Positions 11,437 through 21,410 are shown, counted from the stretch's first letter. The stretch: DNA of 32,000 nucleotides from Mangrovibacter phragmitis (GCF_001655675.1 NZ_LYRP01000008.1:18873-50872); one strand, 5' to 3'. Program-made: numbers and translations. The notes: a model not told the origin generated them from the sequence alone.

Positions 11437-12509
11437 CTACTCTGATTCATGTGTTAGGTTCGGATATCCCGCACCATAACCAAACTGTTCTCACTTTTTT
11501 CAGCGAACACCTTGCTACAGAAACGTCCGCGAGCCGCACTTTTTTCGTCGTCTCATCTGATTCTGGCATTGTAGCGCAGTACCCAGCGCTGGATATCACC
11601 TGCTTTCCCTCAAAAAAAACCTTGTGTGAAGCAGTCAAACAACAGGCAAAGCAGCGGCGTGAGCTGCGTTTCTTTTTCCACGGGCAATTTAATCCGGGAA
11701 TCTGGCTGGCATTGCTTTCCGGTGCTATTAAGCGACATCAGGCCTGGTGGCATATTTGGGGGGGTGACCTGTATGAAACATCACACAGCCTTCGTTACCG
11801 GCTGTTTTACCTGTTACGCCGTCTGGCACAACGCCGGGTAGGTCGGGTATTTGCAACACGAGGTGATCTGGATTATTTCCGGACTCGTGCGCCACGGGTA
11901 CCTGGCGAGTTGCTCTATTTCCCAACGCGTATGGACCCGGCTTTGAATTCGCTTGAGGCAGTGAAGAAAACCGGGCCACTGACTGTGCTGGTGGGTAACT
12001 CTGGCGACCCGACCAATGCCCACGTTGCTGCGCTAAAGGCGGTGCATAAGCAATTTGGTGATACTGTTCAGGTGGTGGTGCCGATGGGTTATCCACCCAA
12101 TAATCAGGCTTATATTGATACCGTCACTCAGGTGGGGCAGTCGATGTTTTCTGCCGGAAATATTACTATTTTGCGAGATAAGCTGGCGTTTGATGACTAT
12201 CTCACGCTGTTACGCCAGTGCGACCTCGGTTATTTCATTTTTGAACGTCAGCAAGGGATTGGTACACTATGCTTGTTAATTCAGGCGGGCATACCCTGCG
12301 TGCTAAGCCGCAAGAATCCTTTCTGGCGGGACATGGCAGAACAACATGTGCCCGTTTTGTTCAGTGATGATACGCTGACTGAGGCACTGATTCATGAAGC
12401 GCAGCGCGAGCTCTCGTTGGTAGATAAGAACACTATCGCATTTTTTAATCCTGCCTATATTGCGGGCTGGAAACACGTTATTCACCTTGCCTCGGGAGAT
12501 TTGGCATGA
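11433..12509 (+). CDS. wecF: TDP-N-acetylfucosamine:lipid II N-acetylfucosaminyltransferase
   Basis: 358 aa, starting [20 protein letters not shown]... with ...[15 protein letters not shown]... and [26 protein letters not shown]. Collinear with E. coli WecF. ATGA overlap with wzxE. Confidence 0.95.
   Translation: MTTLIHVLGSDIPHHNQTVLTFFSEHLATETSASRTFFVVSSDSGIVAQYPALDITCFPSKKTLCEAVKQQAKQRRELRFFFHGQFNPGIWLALLSGAIKRHQAWWHIWGGDLYETSHSLRYRLFYLLRRLAQRRVGRVFATRGDLDYFRTRAPRVPGELLYFPTRMDPALNSLEAVKKTGPLTVLVGNSGDPTNAHVAALKAVHKQFGDTVQVVVPMGYPPNNQAYIDTVTQVGQSMFSAGNITILRDKLAFDDYLTLLRQCDLGYFIFERQQGIGTLCLLIQAGIPCVLSRKNPFWRDMAEQHVPVLFSDDTLTEALIHEAQRELSLVDKNTIAFFNPAYIAGWKHVIHLASGDLA
11987..11994 (+). other. 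Chi site (GCTGGTGG)
   Basis: Exact octamer on the + strand inside wecF. Confidence 0.85.
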
Positions 12510-13858
12510 GTCTGGTTGAGTTTGGTGGCCTGTTTATTGTCTGGCTGCTATCCATCCTGTTTATTGGCACGCTGACGTTACAGGAGTTTCGTCGGGTGCG
12601 CTTCAGTTTTAATGTCTTTTTTTCGTTGTTGTTTTTGCTGACGTTTTATTTCGGCTTCCCGCTTACCTGTACGCTCTATTTTCGCTTTAATACCGATGTC
12701 GCGCCGCCGGGTATTCTGTTGCAGGCGTTACTGTCCGCCACCAGTTTTTATGCCATTTATTATGTGGTTTATAAAACCCGGCTGAGGAAAACGTCTGCTC
12801 CTGTTCAGCTTTTTTTCCGCATGAACCGCGTAGAAACCCAGCTTACTTGTGGGCTGCTGATGGTGATTTCTCTGGTGACGTTGGGTATTTTCTTTGCCCA
12901 CAATGGATTCCTGTTGTTTCGTTTGCACTCATACAGCCAAATCTTCTCAAGCGAAGTGTCGGGTGTGGCGCTTAAGCGTTTCTTTTATTTCTTTATTCCG
13001 GCCATGCTTGTAGTTTATTCCCTTTACCAAACCAAACGTGCCTGGCTGTTTTTTCTGGTCAGTACGGTTGGTTTTGGCTTGCTGACGTATGTGATTGTAG
13101 GTGGGACCCGGGCAAATATTATTATCGCGTTTGCTATTTTCCTGTTTATTGGGCTGATTCGTGGCTGGATAACGCTGTGGATGCTGGCATGCGCAGGGGT
13201 TCTGGGTATCGTTGGTATGTTCTGGCTGGCTCTGAAGCGTTATGGGCTGGATGTCCGCGGCGCTGAGGCATTCTATACCTTCCTGTATTTAACACGAGAT
13301 ACCTTCTCTCCCTGGGAGAATCTGGCGTTGTTGATACAGCACTATGGTGAGATTCATTTCCAGGGAGTGGCGCCGTTATGGCGTGATTTTTATGTTTTTA
13401 TCCCTTCATGGTTGTGGCCGGAGCGCCCACATCTGGTGCTGAATACCGCAAATTATTTCACCTGGGATGTGTTGAATAACCATTCCGGGCTGGCAATATC
13501 ACCGACCCTGATTGGTTCGTTATTGGTGATGGGCGGCGTGGGTTTTATTCCCCTTGGGGCAGTTGCTGTAGGGGGGATAATTAAATGGTTTGACTGGCTG
13601 TACGCGTTGGGGCAAAACAGCGAAAACCGCTATGTTACTGCGATACTGCACAGCTTTTGCTTTGGCGCTATTTTTAACATGATTGTGCTCGCGCGCGAAG
13701 GGCTGGATGCCTTTGGCTCACGAGTGGTGTTCTTTATGGTTATCTTTGGTGCCTGCCTGGTAGCCGCTAAGCTGCTTTATTGGCTATTTGACGTGAGTGG
13801 GTTGGTGAAAACACCACTCCGTCCTGAGGCTCAGGTTTCCACCACTTCAAACTCCTGA
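12506..13858 (+). CDS. wzyE: ECA polymerase
   Basis: 450-aa polytopic membrane protein starting [15 protein letters not shown]...[20 protein letters not shown]..., collinear with E. coli WzyE. ATGA overlap with wecF. Confidence 0.95.
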   Translation: MSLVEFGGLFIVWLLSILFIGTLTLQEFRRVRFSFNVFFSLLFLLTFYFGFPLTCTLYFRFNTDVAPPGILLQALLSATSFYAIYYVVYKTRLRKTSAPVQLFFRMNRVETQLTCGLLMVISLVTLGIFFAHNGFLLFRLHSYSQIFSSEVSGVALKRFFYFFIPAMLVVYSLYQTKRAWLFFLVSTVGFGLLTYVIVGGTRANIIIAFAIFLFIGLIRGWITLWMLACAGVLGIVGMFWLALKRYGLDVRGAEAFYTFLYLTRDTFSPWENLALLIQHYGEIHFQGVAPLWRDFYVFIPSWLWPERPHLVLNTANYFTWDVLNNHSGLAISPTLIGSLLVMGGVGFIPLGAVAVGGIIKWFDWLYALGQNSENRYVTAILHSFCFGAIFNMIVLAREGLDAFGSRVVFFMVIFGACLVAAKLLYWLFDVSGLVKTPLRPEAQVSTTSNS

Positions 13859-13868
13859 CAAATACATC

Positions 13869-14609
13869 ATGAAAACAACATTAATGGTGCCTGAATACCG
13901 TATCCGGCATCTGAATATTCTCGGCTGGCGTAATATGGCTCACGCTTTGGAAGCTTTATGGCCTGACGGTGTGTTATGTAAGGGCACATTAATTGCTATC
14001 AACGCAGAGAAAGTGTTGGTCACCGAAGATGATACGGCGATTCGTGAACTGGTTGACCGGGCGGAATATAAATATGCTGACGGCATCAGTGTTGTACGGG
14101 CTATTCGTAAAAAATACCCACAGGCTCAGGTATCTCGTGTCGCGGGCGCAGATCTGTGGGAAGCCATGATGGAAAAGGCCGGAAGTACCGGAGCAGCGGT
14201 GTTCTTATTAGGAGGAAAGCCTGAGGTATTGCAGGAAACGGCTAATAAATTAAAGGCCTGCTGGAATGTGAATATTGTCGGTATGCAGGATGGCTATTTT
14301 AAGCCAGAGATGCAACAAGCAGTGTTTGAGCGAATCAAACACAGTGGTGCAGAATTTGTTACGGTTGCTATGGGGTCGCCCAGGCAGGAAAAGGTCATGC
14401 GAGACTGCCAAAGGGTTCACCCTGATGCGTTATATATGGGGGTCGGTGGCACCTATGATGTTTTTACCGGCCATGTTAAGCGCGCACCTCGATTTTGGCA
14501 GAACCTGGGGCTTGAGTGGCTCTATCGCTTGCTGTCACAGCCCAGCCGCCTTGGCCGTCAGTTGCGTTTAGTGCGTTTTTTACGCTGGTATTATTCAGGG
14601 CAACTTTAA
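13869..14609 (+). CDS. wecG: UDP-N-acetyl-D-mannosaminuronic acid transferase
   Basis: 246 aa of the WecG/TagA/CpsF family (...[30 protein letters not shown]..., ...[15 protein letters not shown]...), collinear with E. coli WecG. Confidence 0.95.
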   Translation: MKTTLMVPEYRIRHLNILGWRNMAHALEALWPDGVLCKGTLIAINAEKVLVTEDDTAIRELVDRAEYKYADGISVVRAIRKKYPQAQVSRVAGADLWEAMMEKAGSTGAAVFLLGGKPEVLQETANKLKACWNVNIVGMQDGYFKPEMQQAVFERIKHSGAEFVTVAMGSPRQEKVMRDCQRVHPDALYMGVGGTYDVFTGHVKRAPRFWQNLGLEWLYRLLSQPSRLGRQLRLVRFLRWYYSGQL

Positions 14610-14834
14610 TTCTTGTTCTGTGTCGCTGGCAGCCTGTCTGCTGCCAATGACTTATCCCGTCGCTTTTTCCTTCCTGTGGCTTTATCTGACACTACGGTTG
14701 TCCCGTTATTCAATTTGCTATTTCCGCAAAATTCATCAAGTATTGCCCACTTTTAAACTTCCCGGCACGCAAGTGTAGCGGGAAACACAAGAACCGGCAT
14801 AACCGGGCAGCTTTCGAAGTACAGGAACGTTTCT

Positions 14835-16220
14835 ATGGCAACACAACCAAACACTCTGCAGCGTGGCTTACAGGCGCGGCACATCGAACTTATTGCATTA
14901 GGGGGCACAATCGGGGTTGGGCTGTTTATGGGGGCATCCAGCACCCTTAAATGGGCAGGGCCTTCTGTTATGCTTGCATACCTGCTGGCTGGGGTATTTG
15001 TCTTTCTCATTATGCGCTCAATGGGGGAGATGCTCTTCCTTGAACCTGTAGCAGGCTCATTTGCGGTATATGCTCACCGTTATCTCGGCCCGTACTGGGG
15101 GTATTTAACTGCCTGGTCATACTGGTTCATGTGGATGGCTGTAGGTATATCGGAAGTCACTGCGGTAGGGGTTTATACCCAGTTCTGGTTCCCTGAGTTG
15201 CCACAATGGATCCCGGCGCTGACTGCCGTTGCTCTGGTGGCTGTGGCTAATCTGGCTGCTGTACGTTTGTATGGCGAAATCGAATTCTGGTTTGCGATGA
15301 TTAAGGTAACCACCATTATTGTGATGATAGTGGTTGGTCTGGCGGTGATTTTCTTTGGTTTTGGGCACCATGGGCAACCGGTCGGGCTGCATAATCTCAC
15401 CGCTCATGGCGGGTTCTTTGCCGGGGGCTGGAAAGGCTTTTTAACCGCGCTGTGTATTGTAGTGGCGTCTTACCAGGGTGTGGAGCTGGTGGGGATTACA
15501 GCTGGAGAAGCACAAAACCCGCAGGTGACCTTGCGCCGGGCTATCAGTAAAATCTTTTGGCGTATCCTGATTTTTTATGTTGGCGCTATTTTCATTATTG
15601 TCTCGCTGTTTTCCTGGCAGGATGTAGGTGGTAGTGGCAGCCCCTTTGTGCTGACCTTTGCGCGTATTGGCATTACTTCCGCCGCTGCGATTATTAATGT
15701 CGTGGTGCTGACGGCCGCGCTCTCAGGCTGTAATAGTGGTATGTATAGCTGCGGACGCATGTTGTATGCCCTGGCTAAAAATGGCCAGCTACCCGCTAAG
15801 CTGGCCCATGTATCACGCCATGGCGTGCCTGTTGTCGCTGTTGCAGTTTCGGTGGTCATCCTGCTGCTTGGGTCCGGTTTGAATTACGTTATTCCATCGC
15901 CACAGCGTGTCTTTGTTTATGTATACAGTGCCAGTGTGTTACCGGGTATGTTGCCCTGGTTTGTTATCCTGGTGAGCCAGTTGCGTTTCAGGGCGGTTCA
16001 CCAGCACGCAATGGCATCGCATCCGTTCCGGTCAATGCTGTTCCCGTGGGCAAACTACCTGACGCTGGCTTTCCTGGCTTGTGTACTGGTAGGTATGGGG
16101 TTAAACCCAGAAACGCGTGTCTCACTGATTGTGGGCGTCGCTTTCCTCGGGGGGATTTCACTGATTTGGTGTGTATTACGAAATAAGCGGGTTAAAAATG
16201 TGCAGGAACCAGCTAAATAA
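14835..16220 (+). CDS. yifK: APC-family amino acid permease YifK
   Basis: 461 aa with 12 predicted TM segments ([38 protein letters not shown]...), collinear with E. coli YifK. An AGGA lies 8 nt upstream of the ATG. Confidence 0.93.
   Translation: MATQPNTLQRGLQARHIELIALGGTIGVGLFMGASSTLKWAGPSVMLAYLLAGVFVFLIMRSMGEMLFLEPVAGSFAVYAHRYLGPYWGYLTAWSYWFMWMAVGISEVTAVGVYTQFWFPELPQWIPALTAVALVAVANLAAVRLYGEIEFWFAMIKVTTIIVMIVVGLAVIFFGFGHHGQPVGLHNLTAHGGFFAGGWKGFLTALCIVVASYQGVELVGITAGEAQNPQVTLRRAISKIFWRILIFYVGAIFIIVSLFSWQDVGGSGSPFVLTFARIGITSAAAIINVVVLTAALSGCNSGMYSCGRMLYALAKNGQLPAKLAHVSRHGVPVVAVAVSVVILLLGSGLNYVIPSPQRVFVYVYSASVLPGMLPWFVILVSQLRFRAVHQHAMASHPFRSMLFPWANYLTLAFLACVLVGMGLNPETRVSLIVGVAFLGGISLIWCVLRNKRVKNVQEPAK
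15485..15492 (+). other. Chi site (GCTGGTGG)
   Basis: Exact octamer on the + strand inside yifK. Confidence 0.85.
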
Positions 16221-16273
16221 GCGACAGGTTGCACAGAACATAACCAAACGCGCTTTTTATTTAAAAAAAGCAC

Positions 16274-16302
16274 TAGACAGGTGGGCACTAAGTCCGTAAT
16301 AT
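16274..16302 (+). promoter_or_regulatory. sigma70 promoter of the argX-hisR-leuT-proM tRNA operon (stringent type)
   Basis: TAGACA (16274-16279), a 17-nt spacer, then TAATAT (16297-16302). An A/T-rich UP-like tract ttatttaaaaaaag lies upstream. A GC-rich discriminator ccgcctccgc lies downstream. The -10 is about 20 nt before the tRNA-Arg 5' end. Confidence 0.6.
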
Positions 16303-16323
16303 CCGCCTCCGCAACGGCGCTAC

Positions 16324-16400
<77 letters not shown>

Positions 16401-16454
16401 TTTAGTGAGGCGCTTTGAGCTGCGGTGGTAGAATGACCGCGAAAGATTTACAGT

Positions 16455-16531
16455 GGTGGCTATAGCTCAGTTGGTAGAGCCCTGGATTGTGATTCCAGTT
16501 GTCGTGGGTTCGAGTCCCATTAGCCACCCCA
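16455..16531 (+). tRNA. hisR: tRNA-His (anticodon GUG), including the extra 5' G(-1)
   Basis: 77 nt, GGTGGCTATAGCTCAGTTGGTAGAGC..., anticodon loop ATTGTGATT, encoded CCA. Confidence 0.97.
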
Positions 16532-16545
16532 TTATTTAGTGGAAT

Positions 16546-16632
16546 GCGAAGGTGGCGGAATTGGTAGACGCGCTAGCTTCAGGTGTTAGTGTCCTTACGG
16601 ACGTGAGGGTTCAAGTCCCTCCCCTCGCACCA
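16546..16632 (+). tRNA. leuT: tRNA-Leu (anticodon CAG), class II with long variable arm
   Basis: 87 nt, GCGAAGGTGGCGGAATTGGTAGACGC..., anticodon loop CTTCAGGTG, variable arm GTGTCCTTACGGACGTG, encoded CCA. Confidence 0.97.
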
Positions 16633-16668
16633 CAACTTAGGTTTTAAAAAAGTAAAATAGCAGTATTT

Positions 16669-16745
16669 CGGCGAGTAGCGCAGCCTGGTAGCGCAACTGG
16701 TTTGGGACCAGTGGGTCGGAGGTTCGAATCCTCTCTCGCCGACCA
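16669..16745 (+). tRNA. proM: tRNA-Pro (anticodon UGG)
   Basis: 77 nt, CGGCGAGTAGCGCAGCCTGGTAGCGC..., anticodon loop GTTTGGGAC, encoded CCA. Confidence 0.97.
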
Positions 16746-16751
16746 TTTTAG

Positions 16752-16777
16752 AACCCCGCTTCGGCGGGGTTTTTTTG
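16752..16777 (+). terminator. intrinsic terminator of the tRNA operon
   Basis: CCCCGC (16754-16759), TTCG tetraloop, GCGGGG (16764-16769), then T7. It lies 7 nt after proM. Confidence 0.9.
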
Positions 16778-16920
16778 TATCTGAAATAATGGTTATTCAG
16801 CATAAATCGTTACTTACCTCCCTTTGTTGCGATTTAGCAACTCGCTCCTCAGAAATTGTCTCCAGTCAGTAACATTTAACATTATGATTTTAAAGGCTTG
16901 TTGTTCGAGTGGTTTTTGCC

Positions 16921-16938
16921 TGTCGTTAATGCCCGACA
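16921..16938 (+). promoter_or_regulatory. candidate GlrR/QseF activator binding site (TGTC-N10-GACA) upstream of glmZ
   Basis: A perfect TGTCgttaatgcccGACA lies at -137..-120 relative to the inferred GlmZ 5' end. A 7/8 copy, TGTCtccagtcagtAACA, lies at 16857-16874. The consensus is recalled from published work on glmY/glmZ promoters. Confidence 0.45.
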
Positions 16939-17030
16939 TTCAGTGTTTACCAGAGGAATATGGCATGTTCAGATGTGGTGAGAAAGCCCGCCATCCGTGG
17001 CCTGAGGCCTGAATAATCTGACTGTAACTT

Positions 17031-17046
17031 TGGCATCATTTGTGCA
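17031..17046 (+). promoter_or_regulatory. sigma54 (-24/-12) promoter of glmZ
   Basis: TGGCATcatttGTGCA compares with the consensus TGGCAC-N5-TTGCA and keeps the GG-N10-GC spacing exactly. The GC dinucleotide (17044-17045) lies 12-13 nt upstream of the G that aligns with the E. coli GlmZ 5' end (17058). Confidence 0.6.
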
Positions 17047-17057
17047 AGAATAGACGG

Positions 17058-17259
17058 GTAGATGCTCATTCCACCTGTTATGTTCGCTTTATGCCTCATA
17101 ATGCCAGGAATGATGCAGAGCCCTTTGCGGTGCTTATCGTCCAAAGACAGATGTCGGTTTCACCCTCATCAAACACCATGGACATAACGTTGAGTGAAGC
17201 ACCAAGCTTGTTGTTATATGACCTGATTTAACACCTGCCCAGTGGGCAGGTGTTTTTTT
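17058..17259 (+). ncRNA. glmZ: GlmZ (SraJ/RyiA) small RNA, activator of glmS translation
   Basis: About 202 nt that align by eye along their full length with E. coli GlmZ as I recall it: GTAGATGCTCATTCC...TTATGTTCGC...GCCTCATAA...GGAATGA.GCAGAGCC...GGTGCTTATCGTCC...GACAGATGTCG...CACCATGGACA.AACGTTGAGTGAAGCACC...CTTGTTGT.ATA..GACCTG.TTTAAC, followed by a terminator hairpin. The position next to the 3' end of hemY is the same as in E. coli. Confidence 0.85.
17231..17259 (+). terminator. intrinsic terminator of glmZ (may also serve convergent hemY)
   Basis: ACACCTGCC (17231-17239) pairs with GGCAGGTGT (17245-17253) around a short loop, followed by T7 on the + strand. On the minus strand only TT follows the hairpin, so it is oriented mainly for the + transcript. 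Confidence 0.85.
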
Positions 17260-17276
17260 ATGGGAAGAAGGGGCTG

Positions 17277-18479
17277 TTAGCTTTTTGGCTTATCACTGGG
17301 GGTAACACTCAACAACAGGCCTTCCCGGCGCATGGTTGCTGCTTCAGCGGGCTCTTTCAGACGGTCGAGAGTATCTGCCAGTAAGGCATAATCTTCGGCG
17401 TCCGGGCGCTGTTTCAGTGCGGCACGAAACGCCAGACTGGCTTCCTGCCATTCTGCGTGTTGCATTAGTAACTGCCCTAACGTGCGCCATAATAACGGAC
17501 GGTCACCCTGTAGTTTGATTTGCTGACGCAATGCTTTTTCCAGCACAGACGGATCGCCTGACTTGAGCTGTGGCATCAGTGTCACCAGCCGGTCATCGTA
17601 CTGGCGTTTTAAACCGGCCAGAATAATTTTCTCTGCACTGGTGTGATCGTTACACTCAATCAGACGTTTTGCCATCGCTACTTGCAATATGGTTTGCTGG
17701 CGGGTTTTGCGTGGCTGATTCTTCCACCAGTTATTCAACCCTTCGCTACCTTGCTCGGCCATAGCCTGGTTAATCAATCCCAGCCATGCCTGTTCTTGCA
17801 GCGCTTCGCGATGCGCATCATCTGCAACTCCGGCTTTTGCCATAGAAGGGAGAATATCAAGCAAGGCATTCCATGCCCCCGTACGAATGTAAGCCTGTTC
17901 AGCAAGACGCAATACTTCCGGGTGACGTGGCGCAATATCCAGAAGCTTGTCCACACCATGTCGGGCCGCGTGATCTTCATTGCGGGCCAGTTGCAAACGT
18001 ACCCGGGTAATATCTACCGGGATCTGGTCGTTGTCGGCCAGCTCAGCGGCTCGTTCCAGATGCTGATTAGCGCGCGTTTCATCGCCTCGCTGCTGAGCCG
18101 CTTCAGCTGCCAGTAAGTAGTTCACCAGAGGTTGCTCTGCATGATCGGCATTTTTAGCCATCAGTTTCTCGACTTGCTGGTAATCCCCTTCGGCGAGTTT
18201 TAGCAAGGCCTGCCGGGTTTGCTTACGTGCGCGTGTGCGTTTGCGGCCCACAAACCAGCCATGGGTACGTGCACCGGTTCTGAATACTTTACGCAGCAGC
18301 AATTCAACCGCGAACAGCACCAGCATCAGCAGGACCAGCATGATAACCAACCCGGTTACACTGGTTTCAATGTTGTAATTATCTGTCTGAATCAGTACGT
18401 ACCCTTGATGCCCTGCCAGCATTGGGCCAAGCACGATGCCTGCAATCAATAATAAAAACAGCAACAAGACTTTCAGCAT
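17277..18479 (-). CDS. hemY: protoheme IX biogenesis protein HemY (TM + TPR)
   Basis: 400 aa, starting MLKVLLLFLLLIAGIVLGPMLAGHQGYVLIQTDNYNIETSVTGL..., collinear with E. coli HemY. Confidence 0.95.
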   Translation of the reverse strand: MLKVLLLFLLLIAGIVLGPMLAGHQGYVLIQTDNYNIETSVTGLVIMLVLLMLVLFAVELLLRKVFRTGARTHGWFVGRKRTRARKQTRQALLKLAEGDYQQVEKLMAKNADHAEQPLVNYLLAAEAAQQRGDETRANQHLERAAELADNDQIPVDITRVRLQLARNEDHAARHGVDKLLDIAPRHPEVLRLAEQAYIRTGAWNALLDILPSMAKAGVADDAHREALQEQAWLGLINQAMAEQGSEGLNNWWKNQPRKTRQQTILQVAMAKRLIECNDHTSAEKIILAGLKRQYDDRLVTLMPQLKSGDPSVLEKALRQQIKLQGDRPLLWRTLGQLLMQHAEWQEASLAFRAALKQRPDAEDYALLADTLDRLKEPAEAATMRREGLLLSVTPSDKPKS

Positions 18480-18481
18480 GA

Positions 18482-19657
18482 TTACTCTCCCTGTGCCGGC
18501 TGTGCAGTTATGTTGCCGGAGCCTGCGCTAACGCCTGGTTGGGACAATAAGTTGCGCACGCGTGTTTGCATTAATTTTTCCAGAATTGGCTGGCTTTGCA
18601 GTGAATCCGGGACATCCATGCTGATATCTTGCTGACTCAGCGAATCCAGGCTTTGCAGAAAGGCTTTAGTCGCTGCGTCGTTGGTATCGTAATAAGCGCG
18701 TACCCAGGTCGAGACATTTTCCAGCGCCTGTTTATATACTTCGTTTTGATGGCGCGGAACCGCCTGGGCGGCCACTAATAAGCGTGAGCGCAGGTTTTCG
18801 CGCAGGTAAACATCCTGGTTTGGTGCCAGTAACGGGACTGCCGTCTCATCCCTGCGGCGTATGGTGATAAAACTGTCCATAAAGTTGTGCCAGCTCTTCG
18901 TCAGGTTTTCACGCCACTGGCTAAAGGAACCAGACAGCTCACTGCTGTCATCATCCATTGGCGTGTCATCAGTGGTGTTATCTGCAAGACGAAGGTTATC
19001 AATCTGGTTGGTAAGCTGATTAAGCTGCAGAATAATACCGTCATAATCAACTTGTGTCAGGGAAGACAATGTGGATAAATCTTGCGTGATTGCTCGGCGG
19101 GCAGGGAGCAAACTGGGGTCATTCATGTCAGCCAGACTGGCATCGGCACTTTTCAGTAACGCCGCTGCCGTAGTGACATCCTGGTCGCTCCATAACTTCC
19201 TGGCGGCCAGTTTTACCAGAAAGTCCGCCTGTGACAGCATCCATGTTTTTGCATCTGAACCAGAAATGGTCGCCACTTTTTGTTCCAGCTCAGAGAGTTG
19301 CGTTGCCTGGGCCAGTTGCTGTTTATGTGCCTGCGCGAGCGCACTGGCCTGTGCTTCAACGGTTTTTTGCAACGCGGCATTCTGCTGCGTTTGCTGATGC
19401 TGCAAAGCGGTTAACTGATCAATTATGGTATCGCTGGTCGATGTTTGTGTTGCCAGTTGATGTTTAGTCCAGGTCCACATCCCGGCACCACAAGCCAGCG
19501 CAATGGCGATTGCAACCACGCCTAACGCGATTCCTGCCTTTCCACTATGCTTTTTCTTGTCTTCCGCATGACGTATTGTGCCGGTGTTTTGTGATACTGG
19601 AGTTTCTTCCACCCGAGTTTCGTCAGTTGCGGCGGAGTCGCTATGTTGTTCCGTCAT
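18482..19657 (-). CDS. hemX: HemX protein (putative uroporphyrinogen-III C-methyltransferase family membrane protein)
   Basis: 391 aa, starting MTEQ... It has one TM segment and a Q/A-rich coiled-coil region, then ...[52 protein letters not shown]..., collinear with E. coli HemX. Confidence 0.93.
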   Translation of the reverse strand: MTEQHSDSAATDETRVEETPVSQNTGTIRHAEDKKKHSGKAGIALGVVAIAIALACGAGMWTWTKHQLATQTSTSDTIIDQLTALQHQQTQQNAALQKTVEAQASALAQAHKQQLAQATQLSELEQKVATISGSDAKTWMLSQADFLVKLAARKLWSDQDVTTAAALLKSADASLADMNDPSLLPARRAITQDLSTLSSLTQVDYDGIILQLNQLTNQIDNLRLADNTTDDTPMDDDSSELSGSFSQWRENLTKSWHNFMDSFITIRRRDETAVPLLAPNQDVYLRENLRSRLLVAAQAVPRHQNEVYKQALENVSTWVRAYYDTNDAATKAFLQSLDSLSQQDISMDVPDSLQSQPILEKLMQTRVRNLLSQPGVSAGSGNITAQPAQGE

Positions 19658-19669
19658 TATGGCATCCCA

Positions 19670-20419
19670 TTAATAAAGTGATTGCAGGGTGCGCAAAAGC
19701 GCATCGTTATCAGCATGTTCGGCGACAGTGATTTCTTCCCAGCCCAATTCCCGGGCAACCTGTGCCAGCCGTTCGCTGACGACTACAAGCCGGCAGCGGA
19801 ATAACCAGTTAGTTCGATATAATTCGGGAATCGTGTTCGTCAGTTGCGTGAGCATCTCGCCACTTGTCACCACCAGTATGCGGATCCCACGATTTTGCCA
19901 GCGCCAGGCCTCTTCAAGGCCATCATACTGGCAGGGTTGGCGTTGGTAACATTCGCAGATTGTCACAGCCGCACCTCGTTCACTCAGCGTGTCAGAGAGC
20001 AATTCCCGCCCACCATTGCCACGCAAAATAAGCGCACGTTTCCCGGCAACATTCTGTAATTCAGGTAATTGTAGCAAGGTTTCGCTGGTTTCCCGATCCC
20101 GTGGGTAGCTAATTGGCAGCCCGCTCACGGTATGCAGTGCCAGAGCAGTAGTGCGCCCAACGGCAAATGCCCGGATATGACCTGGCCAGGTTGACCGGGT
20201 TGCTGTAAGCTCGCTCTGGGCAAATTGCACCGCGTTCCGGGAAACAGCAAACAGTAAGTCGCCCTGCACAAGCTCGCCCAGTAACGCCGGGAGTTGGCTT
20301 AATGCATTCCCCCGGGCGAATTCAATCAAAGGAAAGTGCCAGGCCTCTCGCCCGAGAGCCCTGAGACGGCTAACCAGCGCTTCCCCATCAGGCGATGGGC
20401 GAGTGACCAAAATACTCAT
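19670..20419 (-). CDS. hemD: uroporphyrinogen-III synthase
   Basis: 249 aa, starting [20 protein letters not shown]... with ...[17 protein letters not shown]... and ...[10 protein letters not shown]..., collinear with E. coli HemD. ATGA overlap with hemC. Confidence 0.95.
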   Translation of the reverse strand: MSILVTRPSPDGEALVSRLRALGREAWHFPLIEFARGNALSQLPALLGELVQGDLLFAVSRNAVQFAQSELTATRSTWPGHIRAFAVGRTTALALHTVSGLPISYPRDRETSETLLQLPELQNVAGKRALILRGNGGRELLSDTLSERGAAVTICECYQRQPCQYDGLEEAWRWQNRGIRILVVTSGEMLTQLTNTIPELYRTNWLFRCRLVVVSERLAQVARELGWEEITVAEHADNDALLRTLQSLY

Positions 20420-21357
20420 TGCGGTTTTTCACCTTGATAAACGTCGTGAAGAATTTGGCTCGCACCGCGTGCCAATAGTTCTTCAGCGAGACTAATACCC
20501 ATTGTTTCAGCCTGGTCCGGTTCACCACGGCGCTCACCTGCGATGATTTGTGAACCATCCGGTGCGCCAACCAGTGCCCGTAACCATAACTGGCCATTTT
20601 CCAACACTGCAAAACTACCAATTGGTACCTGGCAACCACCTTCCAGACGTGTATTCATTGCCCGCTCGGCAATTACCCGAATAGCCGTATCGGTATCATG
20701 CAGTGGCGCGAGTAATTCACGAGTCCATGTATCAGTGAGGCGGCATTCAACACCCACCGCACCTTGCCCAACGGCTGGCAGGCTTACCTCTGGTGCCAGC
20801 GCTTCACGAACCCGTTCTTCCAGTCCAAGGCGTTTTAAGCCAGCCACAGCCAGAATAATGGCATCATATTCACCGCTATCCAGTTTACCCAGCCGGGTAC
20901 CGACATTGCCGCGTAATGAGCGAATTTGCAGGTCAGGGCGGCGTGCCGCAATTTGGCACTGGCGACGCAGGCTGGATGTTCCTACTACTGCACCTTGTGG
21001 AAGTGAGTCAAGGCTGGTGTAGTGGTTGGATACAAACGCATCGCGTGGATCTTCCCGCTGGCAAATGGTGACCAGCCCCAGGCCTTCGGGAAAGGCAACT
21101 GGTACATCTTTCATTGAGTGAACGGCGATATCAGCCCGATTCTCCAGCATCGCCAGTTCGAGTTCTTTGACAAACAAGCCCTTACCACCCACTTTTGCGA
21201 GGGGAGTGTCAAGCAAGACATCACCACGAGTGACCATCGGAACCAGTTCAACCTGCAAACCCGGGTGGTATGCCTGCAAACGTTGTTTGACATATTGTGC
21301 TTGCCACAGCGCAAGCGGGCTTTGCCGGGTGGCAATTCGTAATACTTTGTCTACCAT
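20416..21357 (-). CDS. hemC: hydroxymethylbilane synthase (porphobilinogen deaminase)
   Basis: 313 aa, starting [23 protein letters not shown]... with ...[11 protein letters not shown]... and the cofactor Cys region [10 protein letters not shown], collinear with E. coli HemC. Confidence 0.96.
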   Translation of the reverse strand: MVDKVLRIATRQSPLALWQAQYVKQRLQAYHPGLQVELVPMVTRGDVLLDTPLAKVGGKGLFVKELELAMLENRADIAVHSMKDVPVAFPEGLGLVTICQREDPRDAFVSNHYTSLDSLPQGAVVGTSSLRRQCQIAARRPDLQIRSLRGNVGTRLGKLDSGEYDAIILAVAGLKRLGLEERVREALAPEVSLPAVGQGAVGVECRLTDTWTRELLAPLHDTDTAIRVIAERAMNTRLEGGCQVPIGSFAVLENGQLWLRALVGAPDGSQIIAGERRGEPDQAETMGISLAEELLARGASQILHDVYQGEKPQ

Positions 21358-21410
21358 GCTAGTTACCGTAAAAAACGCTTGAATATCATCCTACCATTGT
21401 TAGAGGAAGC

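Noticed and set aside
11042-11619. Two A8 homopolymer tracts, in wzxE (11042-11049) and wecF (11612-11619), as possible slipped-strand switches
   Set aside because: Both encode Lys-Lys in conserved reading frames. The tracts are short for phase variation, and there is no evidence of frameshifted alleles in this sequence.
14622-14651. Hairpin after wecG (TGGCAGC, 6-nt loop, GCTGCCA, extendable to about 11 bp with one mismatch)
   Set aside because: It is followed by TTATCCC rather than a U-tract, so it is not a canonical intrinsic terminator. It may be a weak or Rho-assisted stop, but I cannot support a call.
16221-16273. Search for a terminator between yifK and the tRNA promoter
   Set aside because: I found only a 5-bp AAGCG/CGCTT pairing with a 27-nt loop. 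The T-rich run there is better explained as the UP element of the argX promoter.
16579-16803. 74-aa minus-strand ORF
   Set aside because: It is antisense across tRNA-Leu and tRNA-Pro, an artefact of structured RNA genes.
16669-16860. tRNA-Pro 3' end as a genomic-island integration site
   Set aside because: There is no integrase gene, no duplicated tRNA 3'-end direct repeat downstream and no compositional break. The gap is filled by glmZ and its control region.
16824-17231. Short ORFs in the proM-hemY gap: 16824-17012 (+), 16947-17144 (-) and 17040-17231 (+)
   Set aside because: They overlap the glmZ upstream activating region, the promoter and the GlmZ RNA itself. 17040-17231 starts at a TTG and runs straight through the sRNA. 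The sRNA alignment explains the sequence conservation better than coding does.
19688-19703. GGTGCGCAAAAGCGCA resembling the XerC arm of dif (GGTGCGCATAA)
   Set aside because: Only the first 8 nt match. There is no central region or XerD arm, and it lies inside the hemD coding sequence far from a terminus region.
20543-21022. 159-aa ORF antisense to hemC. Similar shadow ORFs occur at 17643-18116 (in hemY), 28054-28461 (uvrD 5' end) and 9290-9718 (in wecE).
   Set aside because: All are embedded opposite well-supported genes. They have Ser/Arg/Pro-rich compositions with no recognisable domains and no independent expression signals.
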